Positions 8,487-21,884 of a stretch of 32,000 nucleotides of DNA are shown here, in pieces; the first letter of the stretch is position 1, and each line of letters begins with the position of its first letter. The notes under the pieces are model-generated. The model was not told where the DNA came from, did not search any database, and was given only the letters and a program-made list of their open reading frames with translations. The position numbers and the translations under genes are program-made. The stretch lies in NCBI RefSeq assembly GCF_000195955.2, contig NC_000962.3, positions 660,001-692,000 on the forward strand. Reading direction: 5' to 3'. This DNA comes from Mycobacterium tuberculosis H37Rv. GTDB taxonomy: Bacteria > Actinomycetota > Actinomycetes > Mycobacteriales > Mycobacteriaceae.

Positions 8487-8506
8487 GTGGGGCCGAAGGT
8501 CCTCAA
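8487..8506 (-). promoter_or_regulatory. Candidate DosR box upstream of the CapA-like gene
   Basis: GTGGGGCCGAAGGTCCTCAA matches the palindromic consensus TTSGGGACTWWAGTCCCSAA at 15/20 by hand alignment; about 92 bp upstream of the start at 8394. Confidence 0.65.
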
Positions 8507-8578
8507 GACCGCGCCCAAAGGTCACATTGCCGGCGACAAACCGTGCCTACCTGGCGGAGAGGTGCCCGTCGGCGGTGG

Positions 8579-9745
8579 TCACCAGGTGTAGTCGGGCAGC
8601 TCGAAGTCGTCACGCACGCTGCCGGCGAACAGCGTCGCCAGCGGGCCGAAGTTCATCGTGCGCATCGCAACGTTGCGAAACCACAGGCCGAATCGGGTTC
8701 GGGTGGCGAAAAACCAGATGAACTTCGCCGCACTGGCTTGCTTGCCCTCGATGAAGGGACGCAGGCGCTTCTCGTAGGCGTCGAAGGCGCGACGGTGGTC
8801 GCCCCCGGCGCGGGCGAGCTCCCCGGCCAGCACGTAGGCCTCGGTGATCGCCAGGCCGGTGCCCTCGCCGCCGAGCAGCGAGATGCACCCGGCCGCGTCG
8901 CCGATCAGCAGCACCCGACCGCGTGACCAGCGGTCCATCCGGATTTGGCTGACCACGTCGAAGTACAGGTCCTCGACGTCGTCGAGGGCGGCCAGAATGT
9001 CCCGGCTTTCCCAGCCCACGTCGCCGAATTGGTCGCGCAGCTCATCTTTGGGTGCCACGCCGGGGTTGTCGTGTTCGGCGCGGAAGACGAACAAGAACAT
9101 GGTGCGGTCGCCGCGCAGCGCGAACCGCGCCAGCTGTCGGTCGACGGTGTTGTAGAGGACATAGCTGCGCTCGTCGCGGGGCCGGTAGCCGTCGACCACG
9201 CAGGCCGCGACCTTGCAGCCCAGGTAGTGCTCGAAATCCCGCTCCGGCCCGAAGACCAGCCGGCGCACGTTGGAGTGCAGTCCGTCGGCACCGATGACCA
9301 GGTCGAAATCGCGCGGGGCGGTCCTTTCGAAGGTGAGCCGGACGCCGTCGCGGTGCTCGTCGATGGTGGCGATGCTGTCGTCGAAGATCGTTTCCACTTG
9401 GTCTTCGATCGTCGTGTAGATCGCGGCGGCGAGATCGCCGCGCGGCAAGCTGGTGAAGTCGTCGCCGACCATGCGGCGAAAGACGTCGACGCCCAGGTCG
9501 GCTTTGACCTTGCCGGTGGGACCGACGGAGCGGACGTGTTCCATGTGGTAACCCGCCGCTGCGATCTGGTCCGTGATGCCCATTCGTTTGGCCACCTGGT
9601 AGCCGACGCCCCAGAAGTCGATCATGTAGCCGCCGGTGCGGAACTTCGGCGCCCGCTCGATCACTGTCGGGGTGTGGCCGGTGCGCTGCAGCCAGTGGGC
9701 GAGCGCCGCTCCTGCCACGCCGGCACCGCTAATCGCTACTTTCAC
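8579..9745 (-). CDS. FAD-dependent aromatic-ring-hydroxylase-like monooxygenase (388 aa), Rv0575c-like
   Basis: N-terminal Rossmann motif VAISGAGVAGAALAHWLQRTGH, DLVIGADGLHSNVRR, GRVLLIGDAAGCISLLGGEGTGLAITEAYVLAGEL. Confidence 0.9.
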   Translation of the reverse strand: MKVAISGAGVAGAALAHWLQRTGHTPTVIERAPKFRTGGYMIDFWGVGYQVAKRMGITDQIAAAGYHMEHVRSVGPTGKVKADLGVDVFRRMVGDDFTSLPRGDLAAAIYTTIEDQVETIFDDSIATIDEHRDGVRLTFERTAPRDFDLVIGADGLHSNVRRLVFGPERDFEHYLGCKVAACVVDGYRPRDERSYVLYNTVDRQLARFALRGDRTMFLFVFRAEHDNPGVAPKDELRDQFGDVGWESRDILAALDDVEDLYFDVVSQIRMDRWSRGRVLLIGDAAGCISLLGGEGTGLAITEAYVLAGELARAGGDHRRAFDAYEKRLRPFIEGKQASAAKFIWFFATRTRFGLWFRNVAMRTMNFGPLATLFAGSVRDDFELPDYTW

Positions 9746-9806
9746 ACTGCAATTGTGCTCTTCGGCAATAGTTTAGAACAAGACCGGTCGCTCGTTGCCC
9801 CTTGAT

Positions 9807-9834
9807 CAATACGTTAGTGAGCGCTAACGTATTG
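9807..9834. promoter_or_regulatory. Candidate operator for the ArsR-type regulator (perfect inverted repeat)
   Basis: CAATACGTTAG-tgagcg-CTAACGTATTG: 11-bp perfect arms, 6-nt spacer, between divergent genes and immediately upstream of the regulator start. Confidence 0.75.
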
Positions 9835-9847
9835 GCGTGTGCCCGAC

Positions 9848-11152
9848 ATGCTGGAAGTCGCGGCAGAGCCAACCCGGCGCCGGCTGCTACAGCTCCTGGC
9901 ACCGGGTGAACGCACCGTTACCCAGCTTGCGTCGCAGTTCACGGTCACCCGTTCGGCGATATCGCAGCACCTCGGCATGCTCGCCGAAGCGGGATTGGTT
10001 ACCGCCCGCAAACAGGGCCGGGAACGGTACTACCGGCTCGATGAGCGCGGGGTGCTGCGGCTTCGTGCGCTCATGGAGTCCTTCTGGAGCGACGAGCTGG
10101 ACCGTCTTGTCGCCGATGCCGCCCACTACCCGCCGTCACAAGGAGACTGTGCCATGCCGTTCGAGAAAGCGGTCGTCGTGCCCTTGGATCCGACCAGCAC
10201 CTTCGCGCTCATCACCCAGCCCGACAGGCTTCGGCGCTGGATGGCCGTCGCCGCGCGTATCGAGCTGCGCACCGGTGGCGCTTATCGCTGGACGGTGACT
10301 CCGGGGCATAGCGCGGCCGGCACCGTCATCGACGTCGACCCCGGCAAGCGGGTGGTCTTCACCTGGGGTTGGGAGGACCACGGCGACCCCCCGCCGGGCG
10401 GGTCGACGGTGACCATCACGCTGACCCCGGTCGACGGCGGCACCGAGGTCCGGCTGGTCCACGACGGGCTGACCGCGCAGCAGGCCGCCCGGCACGCCAA
10501 AGGGTGGAACCACTTCCTGGACCGGCTGGTCGTCGCCGGCCAACGCGGTGACGCCGGTCCCGACGAATGGGCCGCAGCGCCCGATCCGCTCGACGAATTA
10601 TCTTGTGCCGAAGCAACATTGGCCGTTCTTCAGCACGTACTGCGCGGGATAGGCGCCTCTGACCTGACCAGGCAGACACCGTGTACGGAATATGACGTTT
10701 CGCAACTGGCGGATCATTTGCTGCGCTCGCTGGCGATCATCGGCGCTGCGGCGGGCGCGCAGCTGGCGCCCCGCGATGTGGACGCGCCACTGGAAACCCA
10801 GGTGGCCGACGCGGCGCAGGCCGTGATGGAAGCCTGGCGGCGGCGTGGCTTGGCGGGCACGGTGGAGCTGAACTCGAACCAGGTGCCTGCGACGGTGCCG
10901 GTCGGCATCCTGTGCCTAGAATTTCTGGTCCACGCTTGGGATTTCGCGATTGCCACCGGTTCTCAGGTGATCGCGTCCGAGCCGGTGTCGGAGTACGTAC
11001 TGGCGGTGGCCGGCAAGGTCATCACCCCGGCAACCCGTAACTCCGCGGGCTTCGCCGCGCCGGCGGCGGTCGGTTCCTTTGCCCCAGTCCTCGATCGCCT
11101 CATCGCCTTCACCGGCCGCCAGCCGACCGCAGGCCACGTGTCCGCCACCTAA
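9848..11152 (+). CDS. ArsR-family HTH regulator fused to an SRPBCC/AHSA1 domain and a TIGR03086-like (mycothiol-dependent/DinB-like) domain, Rv0576-like
   Basis: [51 protein letters not shown] (HTH); [26 protein letters not shown]...[12 protein letters not shown]-type AHSA1 region; [27 protein letters not shown] at 9839 is an alternative start. Confidence 0.85.
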
Positions 11153-11165
11153 CGAAAGGATGATC

Positions 11166-11951
11166 ATGCCCAAGAGAAGCGAATACAGGCAAGGCACGCC
11201 GAACTGGGTCGACCTTCAGACCACCGATCAGTCCGCCGCCAAAAAGTTCTACACATCGTTGTTCGGCTGGGGTTACGACGACAACCCGGTCCCCGGAGGC
11301 GGTGGGGTCTATTCCATGGCCACGCTGAACGGCGAAGCCGTGGCCGCCATCGCACCGATGCCCCCGGGTGCACCGGAGGGGATGCCGCCGATCTGGAACA
11401 CCTATATCGCGGTGGACGACGTCGATGCGGTGGTGGACAAGGTGGTGCCCGGGGGCGGGCAGGTGATGATGCCGGCCTTCGACATCGGCGATGCCGGCCG
11501 GATGTCGTTCATCACCGATCCGACCGGCGCTGCCGTGGGCCTATGGCAGGCCAATCGGCACATCGGAGCGACGTTGGTCAACGAGACGGGCACGCTCATC
11601 TGGAACGAACTGCTCACGGACAAGCCGGATTTGGCGCTAGCGTTCTACGAGGCTGTGGTTGGCCTCACCCACTCGAGCATGGAGATAGCTGCGGGCCAGA
11701 ACTATCGGGTGCTCAAGGCCGGCGACGCGGAAGTCGGCGGCTGTATGGAACCGCCGATGCCCGGCGTGCCGAATCATTGGCACGTCTACTTTGCGGTGGA
11801 TGACGCCGACGCCACGGCGGCCAAAGCCGCCGCAGCGGGCGGCCAGGTCATTGCGGAACCGGCTGACATTCCGTCGGTGGGCCGGTTCGCCGTGTTGTCC
11901 GATCCGCAGGGCGCGATCTTCAGTGTGTTGAAGCCCGCACCGCAGCAATAG
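11166..11951 (+). CDS. TB27.3: Tandem glyoxalase/bleomycin-resistance-fold protein (261 aa), Rv0577 (TB27.3/CFP30B)-like
   Basis: Two VOC-like repeats: [26 protein letters not shown] and [25 protein letters not shown]. Shine-Dalgarno-like gaaagga upstream; 13-bp gap from the upstream gene. Confidence 0.9.
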
Positions 11952-11995
11952 GGAGCATCCCGGGCAGGCCCGCCGGCCGGCAGATTCGGAGAATG

Positions 11996-15916
<3,921 letters not shown>

Positions 15917-16028
15917 CTCGCTCCCCAGGTCAGGTCAGCCCGGTGTTGCCCGGCGTGGCAAGGAATTGTGTGGCTATCCCGGCGATCTACCATGTGGAGC
16001 GAATCTTCGGGATCCCAACTCCAACGAT

Positions 16029-16055
16029 CCCTTGTTGACGCTATCGTCAAAAGGG
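16029..16055. promoter_or_regulatory. Inverted repeat in the divergent PE_PGRS7 / Rv0579-like intergenic region
   Basis: CCCTTgTTGACG-ctat-CGTCAAAAGGG: 11 paired bases with one bulged G. Confidence 0.5.
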
Positions 16056-16237
16056 CAAAACCCCAAACTTTACGCGAACGAACTATCCACAGTGCACCCT
16101 CGATTTCCGTCGACACGTGCAAACGGCCAGACCTCGACGGTGCTAGCCCCGCGGCGATATTGCAGGTCTTCGAGCCGGTCGCGCCCCGGGGCGCGAACTC
16201 CGTTGCCCTCCCGCGACCCTGCGGGAGAGGATAAGGA

Positions 16238-16996
16238 ATGGTCGGCTATGTGGATGTCCGGGCATACGCCGAGCTCAACGAGTTCGTGGAGCTGCAGGCG
16301 CGCGGTCTGACGGTGCGCCGGCCGTTCCGCAGCCATCAGACGGTCAAAGATGTGCTGGAGGCGATGGGCATTCCGCATACCGAGGTGGATCTCATCCTGG
16401 TGAACGGCGATCCCGCGGACTTTTCCTACCGGCCGGTCGCCGGCGACCGCATTGCCGCCTACCCTATGTTCGAGGCCCTCGACATCGGGTCGACCGCCAG
16501 GTTGCGCCCAGCGCCGTTGCGTAACCCGCGCTTCGTCGTCGACGTCAACCTCGGCCAGCTGGCGCGGCTGCTTCGGCTGTTGGGCTTCGACACACGGTGG
16601 TCGAGTGCCGCCGATGATCCGACGCTGGCCGATATCAGCCTGGGCGAGCAGCGAATTCTGCTGACCCGCGACCGCGGCCTGTTGAAGCGCCGGGCAATCA
16701 CCCATGGTCTGTTCGTCCACTCCCAGCACCCGGAGGAGCAGGCGCTCGAGGTGCTGCGGCGGCTAGACCTCAACGGGCGGCTGGCACCGCTATCCCGGTG
16801 TCTGCGATGCAATGGTGAGCTGGCCGCGGTTTCCAAAGACGAGGTGATTGGCCAGCTGGAGCCGTTGACCCGCCGGTACTACGAGTCATTCAGCCGCTGC
16901 TTCGGTTGCGGGCGGATCTACTGGCCGGGATCACACCACGCACGGTTGGTTCGCCTCGTCGAACGACTGCGGGACCAGCTAACTACTTCGACCTGA
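16238..16996 (+). CDS. Mut7-C RNase-domain protein with N-terminal ubiquitin-like region and C-terminal zinc ribbon (252 aa), Rv0579-like
   Basis: RFVVDVNLGQLARLLRLLGFDTRW (PIN-like Mut7-C), LLTRDRGLLKR, and zinc ribbon CLRCNGEL...CFGCGRIYWPGSHHARL. Confidence 0.85.
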   Translation: MVGYVDVRAYAELNEFVELQARGLTVRRPFRSHQTVKDVLEAMGIPHTEVDLILVNGDPADFSYRPVAGDRIAAYPMFEALDIGSTARLRPAPLRNPRFVVDVNLGQLARLLRLLGFDTRWSSAADDPTLADISLGEQRILLTRDRGLLKRRAITHGLFVHSQHPEEQALEVLRRLDLNGRLAPLSRCLRCNGELAAVSKDEVIGQLEPLTRRYYESFSRCFGCGRIYWPGSHHARLVRLVERLRDQLTTST

Positions 16997-17124
16997 CCCG
17001 CACGGTGGTGCGCGCGTCGATCGTCGCCAGCTGACACGCCGAAGGTGCAACCACGGCGGCATCGAGCGGCGTGTCCCCGCCACCAATGCACGTTCGGCGC
17101 GGCCGGCGCACGCTCGGCGCGGAG

Positions 17125-17616
17125 CTACGAATTGTCGGCCGGAGTCAACCGAATGGCTACCAGCTTGAGCCGGTCCACCGCCTCGGCGAACTCCTCGAGC
17201 GTGGGTATGCGCCGGTCGCGGAAGCTCAACCCCAGCATGCGTTGGCCACGCTTGACGCCATAGGCCTGTGCGGCGCGCAGGAAAAGTTCAGAAACGACCG
17301 CACGGTCCCGGATGAGCTCGCCACGCATAGCGGTCGTCTTGCCGTCGTAGACGACCTGGGCGGCGGCACCGTCGGAGAAGTTGTGCTTCCATCCGGCCTC
17401 GGTCAGCGCGTAGAGGTCGTTGTCGATGACGTGCGCGCTCAAGGGAATCGAGAAGTGCCGCCCAGTCTTTCGCCCGGTGAAGCTCACCACCATCAGCTGT
17501 GTGCGTAGCGGGCCGGCAAGCGGGGTGTGCAGCAGGGAGCGCAGGATCGGGTTGACGAGGCGAAGGAGGGCCGCCGGTGGGTGTGCGATGTCTACCGCAT
17601 ACGACTGATCTGTCAT
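17125..17616 (-). CDS. Deazaflavin (F420)-dependent nitroreductase-family-like protein (163 aa), Rv0580c-like
   Basis: MTDQSYAVDIAHPPAALLRLVNPILRSLLHTPLAGPLRTQLMVVSFTGRKTGRHFSIPLSAHVID. Internal ATG at 17616; the ORF track's longer start (17703) would consume almost all of the intergenic region. Confidence 0.7.
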   Translation of the reverse strand: MTDQSYAVDIAHPPAALLRLVNPILRSLLHTPLAGPLRTQLMVVSFTGRKTGRHFSIPLSAHVIDNDLYALTEAGWKHNFSDGAAAQVVYDGKTTAMRGELIRDRAVVSELFLRAAQAYGVKRGQRMLGLSFRDRRIPTLEEFAEAVDRLKLVAIRLTPADNS

Positions 17617-17692
17617 GCCTTCACCGTAGATCCGATCGGGGTTCGCGGCTACGCCGACAAGTTGGTGACGCAACAAGATATATGGCGCCACC

Positions 17693-17710
17693 GGTAGTAC
17701 CATACGTATG
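17693..17710. promoter_or_regulatory. Adjacent palindromes abutting the vapB start (candidate antitoxin operator)
   Basis: GGTAgTACC (17693-17701) followed by CATACGTATG (17701-17710). Confidence 0.5.
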
Positions 17711-17925
17711 TGGACAAGACGACGGTCTACCTGCCGGATGAACTCAAGGCGGCCGTGAAGCGCGCCGCTCGGCAGCGCGGAGTCTCCGAAGCGCAGGTAA
17801 TCCGGGAGTCCATCCGGGCGGCGGTCGGCGGCGCCAAGCCGCCGCCGCGCGGGGGTCTATATGCGGGTTCGGAGCCCATCGCGCGGCGAGTCGACGAGCT
17901 GCTGGCTGGCTTCGGTGAGCGGTGA
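17710..17925 (+). CDS. vapB26: Type II antitoxin, ribbon-helix-helix (71 aa), VapB26-like
   Basis: GTG start; MDKTTVYLPDELKAAVKRAARQRGVSEAQVIRESIRAAVGG is a classic RHH fold; overlaps vapC by GTGA. Confidence 0.92.
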   Translation: MDKTTVYLPDELKAAVKRAARQRGVSEAQVIRESIRAAVGGAKPPPRGGLYAGSEPIARRVDELLAGFGER

Positions 17926-18329
17926 TCATCGACACGAGTGCGCTGCTTGCCTATTTCGACGCCGCCGAGCCAGACCACGCCGCAGTGTCTGAGTGCATCG
18001 ATAGCTCCGCAGACGCGCTCGTCGTATCCCCTTATGTGGTAGCGGAACTCGACTATCTCGTCGCCACCCGGGTAGGTGTCGATGCCGAGCTCGCCGTCCT
18101 GCGTGAACTCGCCGGCGGGGCCTGGGAGCTCGCCAACTGCGGTGCCGCCGAAATCGAGCAGGCCGCCCGCATCGTCACGAAATACCAGGATCAGCGGATC
18201 GGGATCGCGGATGCGGCCAACGTCGTGCTGGCCGACCGATACCGCACGCGCACGATCCTCACCCTGGACCGTCGGCACTTCTCGGCGCTGCGGCCGATCG
18301 GCGGTGGGCGCTTCACCGTCATTCCGTAA
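17922..18329 (+). CDS. vapC26: Type II toxin, PIN-domain RNase (135 aa), VapC26-like
   Basis: MIIDTSALLAYFDAAEPDH, VVAELDYLV, GIADAANVVLADRYRTRTILTLDRRHFSALRP. Confidence 0.94.
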   Translation: MIIDTSALLAYFDAAEPDHAAVSECIDSSADALVVSPYVVAELDYLVATRVGVDAELAVLRELAGGAWELANCGAAEIEQAARIVTKYQDQRIGIADAANVVLADRYRTRTILTLDRRHFSALRPIGGGRFTVIP

Positions 18330-18388
18330 ACCGCAACCGATTCGGTGCTGCACCGCGGCGTGTTCGTCTTCCGCGTGCGATCCGTCCC

Positions 18389-19075
18389 TTAGGGCGTGAT
18401 GGTCGTCTGCTCGTCGATGACGTTGGCGGCGTCCATCAACGTCATCGTCTCGTCGTCGAGCGCGTCGGCGTTGAGTTGAAGCACGAACACCGCACCTTGG
18501 CTGGGAATCACCACCGTCTTCTGCGCGACGGTCCGCAACTTGCCGTTCTTGCTGTATGAACCACCGAGCTGCCATGCTGAAAAGCCGCCGAGCGTGGCTG
18601 CACTTCCGTCGCCGCTGCCTTGGAAGCCGGGCAGGTTTTTCAACTCGCCGGGTGCGAATTGGAGGACCTTCGCGGGGTCGATGTCACCGGTGAGTTTGGA
18701 GAGGATCGCAACGATGGTGGGGGGATCGTTGGGATCGGCGGGCTGGGTGTAGACGATGCCGCCATAGGGTGCGCGGGAGCTTTCCGGAAGCAGCCGCCAA
18801 TCGTCGGGCACCGGCAGGTCGATGGTCGGGGAGCCGGGGTCGCCGTGGTGCACTGGGGTCTCCTGGATGTGGTTGTCCCGGATATAGTCGGCGATGGTGT
18901 AGTTGGGCCCCGCTGCCTGAGCCGAGGTGGTTGCCGACGTAGTCGTTGTCGACGTCGTCGGGGACGTCGTGGTTGGCGACGTGGTTGGCGCGCTGTCGGT
19001 CTTGATGTTGAAACTGCAGCCAGCCAGTGCCAGGCTCAGCGCCACCGTCGCGACGGCCGCCGTGAAGTGCTTCAT
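18389..19075 (-). CDS. lpqN: LpqN-family lipoprotein (228 aa)
   Basis: Signal peptide plus lipobox: MKHFTAAVATVALSLALAGCSFNIK, followed by a Thr/Ser-rich linker. Confidence 0.92.
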   Translation of the reverse strand: MKHFTAAVATVALSLALAGCSFNIKTDSAPTTSPTTTSPTTSTTTTSATTSAQAAGPNYTIADYIRDNHIQETPVHHGDPGSPTIDLPVPDDWRLLPESSRAPYGGIVYTQPADPNDPPTIVAILSKLTGDIDPAKVLQFAPGELKNLPGFQGSGDGSAATLGGFSAWQLGGSYSKNGKLRTVAQKTVVIPSQGAVFVLQLNADALDDETMTLMDAANVIDEQTTITP

Positions 19076-19228
19076 TGCGCGCTCCCGAAGATTGGACCGG
19101 CACTTCCGGCCGGTGAGGTCGGATTGAGACTAGTCCAACTGGTGTGCGCGCGACCCTATCACTGCAATCCCATCTCGATTGACCGCAAAACACCGCGGGA
19201 ACAGGCGTCTATGCAGTAAGAGACAGCT

Positions 19229-21862
19229 ATGCGGGCACGCAGGTTGCGCAGAGCCCTGGCCGCGCTCTTGGCGGTGGCGGGTCTGTTTGTTCCGTTCATT
19301 GTTGGCGTGCCCACGGCCTACGACGGTGAGCCGGTGTTCGTCGCCATTCCGGTCGAGCATGTCAATACGCTCATCGGCACCGGCACGGGAGCCGCGATAG
19401 TGGGGGAGATCAACAACTTTCCCGGCGCCTCGGTGCCGTTCGGCATGGTGCAGTACTCGCCGGACACCGTCGACAACTACGCCGGCTACGACTACGACAA
19501 CCCGCATTCCACCGGATTCAGCATGACGCACGCGTCGGTGGGCTGCCCGGCGTTCGGCGACATCTCGATGTTGCCCACGACCACCCCGCTCGGCTCGCAG
19601 CCGTGGAGCGCCTGGGAGGAGATCGCCCACGACGACACCGAGGTCGGCGTGCCCGGCTACTACACCGTACGGTTCCCCGGTACCGGGGTGATCGCCGAGC
19701 TCACCGCCACCACCCGCACGGGCGTCGGCCGGTTTCGCTACCCCCGCAATGGGTGGCCGGCGCTGTTTCACGTGCGCTCCGGCGCATCGTTGGCGGGCAA
19801 CTACGCCGCGACACTGCAGATCGAGGACAACACCACAATCACCGGCTCGGCGACCAGCGGCGGGTTCTGCGGCAAGAAGAACCTGTACACGGTGTACTTC
19901 GCCATGAAGTTCAGCCAGCCGTTCAGCTCGTATGGCACCTGGGACGGCTACGCGGTCTATCCCGGTTCACACAGCATGAATTCGAGTTACAGCGGGGGGT
20001 ATGTCGGGTTTCCGGCCGGCTCGGTGCTCGAGGTGCGGACCGCCCTGTCCTATGTGAGCGTGGACGGGGCGCGAGCCAACCTGGACGCCGAAGGCGGAGC
20101 AAGCTTCGACGACATCCGTGCGGCGACATCGAGCGAATGGAACGCCGCGCTATCGCGAATCGCGGTGGCCGGCAGGGGGCCTGGCGACGTGGACACCTTC
20201 TACACTTGTCTTTACCGGTCACTGTTGCACCCCAACACCTTTAACGACGTGGACGGACGTTACATCGGATTCGACGGTGTCATCCACAGCGTTGCCAGTG
20301 GGCACACCCACTACGCCAATTTCTCCGACTGGGACACCTACCGCAGCCTCGCCCCACTGCAGGGACTGTTGTTCCCGCAACGGGCCAGCGACATGATCCA
20401 GTCGTTGGTGACCGACGCGGAGCAGAGTGGTGCGTATCCGCGTTGGGCGCTGGCGAATTCCGCAACCGGCATGATGAGCGGAGACAGTGTGGTACCGCTC
20501 ATCGTAAACCTCTACGCCTTCGGCGCCAGGGATTTCGACCTCAAATCCGCGCTGCACTACATGGTGAATGCAGCGACCCAGGGCGGTGTCGGACTTGACG
20601 GTTTCCTGGAGCGGCCGGGAATCGCCGCCTATCTGAGGCTCGGCTATGGACCACAAACGGCGGAATTCCGCGCCAACGGTCGTATCGCCGGCGCCTCGGT
20701 CACGCTGGAGTGGTCGGTCGATGACTTTGCCATCTCCCGATTCGCTGATTCGTTGGGCGATACCGCAACTGCCGCCGTCTTCCAGAACCGGTCGCAGTAT
20801 TGGCAGAACCTGTTCAATCCCACCACCGGCTATATCTCGCCCCGGAGCGCGGCCGGTTTCTTCCCCGACGGTCCCGGGTTCGTGGCATACCCCTCGGGCT
20901 TTGGGCAGGACGGATACGACGAGGGCAACGCCGAACAATACCTGTGGTGGGTGCCGCATAACGTGGCCGGTTTGGTGACCGCGCTTGGTGGCCGCACGGC
21001 CGTCGTCAAGCGGCTCGACCGCTTTACCAAAAAGCTCAACGTCGGCCCCAACGAACCCTATCTGTGGGCCGGTAACGAGCCCGGTTTCGGGGTGCCCTGG
21101 CTGTACAACTACATCGGCCAACCGTGGAAAACCCAGCGGACGGTCGACCGGGTCCGCGGGCTGTTCGGCCCGACACCTGGCGGTGCGCCGGGCAACGACG
21201 ACCTCGGCGCCCTGTCCAGCTGGTATGTCTGGGCTGCCCTTGGCCTGTATCCGAGCACCCCGGGAACCACCATCCTGACCGTGAACACACCGCTTTTCGA
21301 TCGCGCCGTGATCGCGCTCCCCACCGGAAAGTCCATTCAGATCACCGCGCCGGGCGCATCCGGGCGGAACCGCCTGAAGTACATCGACGGCCTGACCATC
21401 GACCGCCAACCGAGCAACCAGACGTTTCTTCCGGAGTCGATCGTGCGCACCGGAGGCGACCTGACCTTCTCGCTCGCCGGCACACCCAACAAGGTCTGGG
21501 GAACCGCGGCGTCTGCCGCGCCGCCGTCATTCGGTGCGGGCAGCTCGGCGGTGACGGTAAATATCGCCCGGCCCATCATCGGGATCGTGCCGGGAGCGAC
21601 CGGGACCGTGACCGTCGACGCGCAACGGATGATCGACGGCGTCGACGACTACACTGTCACCCCAACGTCCTACGTTGTTGGGATTGCGGCGGAACCGTTA
21701 TCCGGGCAATTCGACGATGACGGAGCCGTGAGCGCGTCGGTCGCGATCACCGTAGCTCGATCGGTGCCGTCGGGGTATTACCCGATCTATGTCACCACCA
21801 GCGCCGGGGATAGTGCCCGGACATTGATCGTGCTGGTCGTGGTCGCCGAGGCGGTGGAATGA
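19229..21862 (+). CDS. GH92 family alpha-mannosidase, secreted (877 aa), Rv0584-like
   Basis: Signal peptide; [11 protein letters not shown] near the N-terminus; GH92 block [47 protein letters not shown]. Confidence 0.9.
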
Positions 21863-21884
21863 TCATTGCGCAAGCGCAGAGGAG

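Noticed and set aside
8014-9291. Plus- and minus-strand alternate ORFs (235, 193, 286, 128 aa) around the CapA-like and monooxygenase genes
   Set aside because: Shadow frames; the 380-aa and 388-aa ORFs carry all the recognisable motifs.
11952-11995. GC-rich stretch cccgggcaggcccgccggccggcag as a terminator between the Rv0577-like gene and PE_PGRS7
   Set aside because: Only short, ambiguous pairings (GCCGGCCGGC self-complementary core) and no U-tract; not strong enough to call.
17617-17703. 29-aa N-terminal extension of the Rv0580c-like ORF
   Set aside because: It would occupy the divergent promoter region of vapBC; the internal ATG at 17616 starts a sequence resembling family members.
20219-21409. 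396-aa minus-strand ORF antisense to the GH92 gene
   Set aside because: No recognisable domain; the opposite strand has a full-length signal-peptide GH92 protein.
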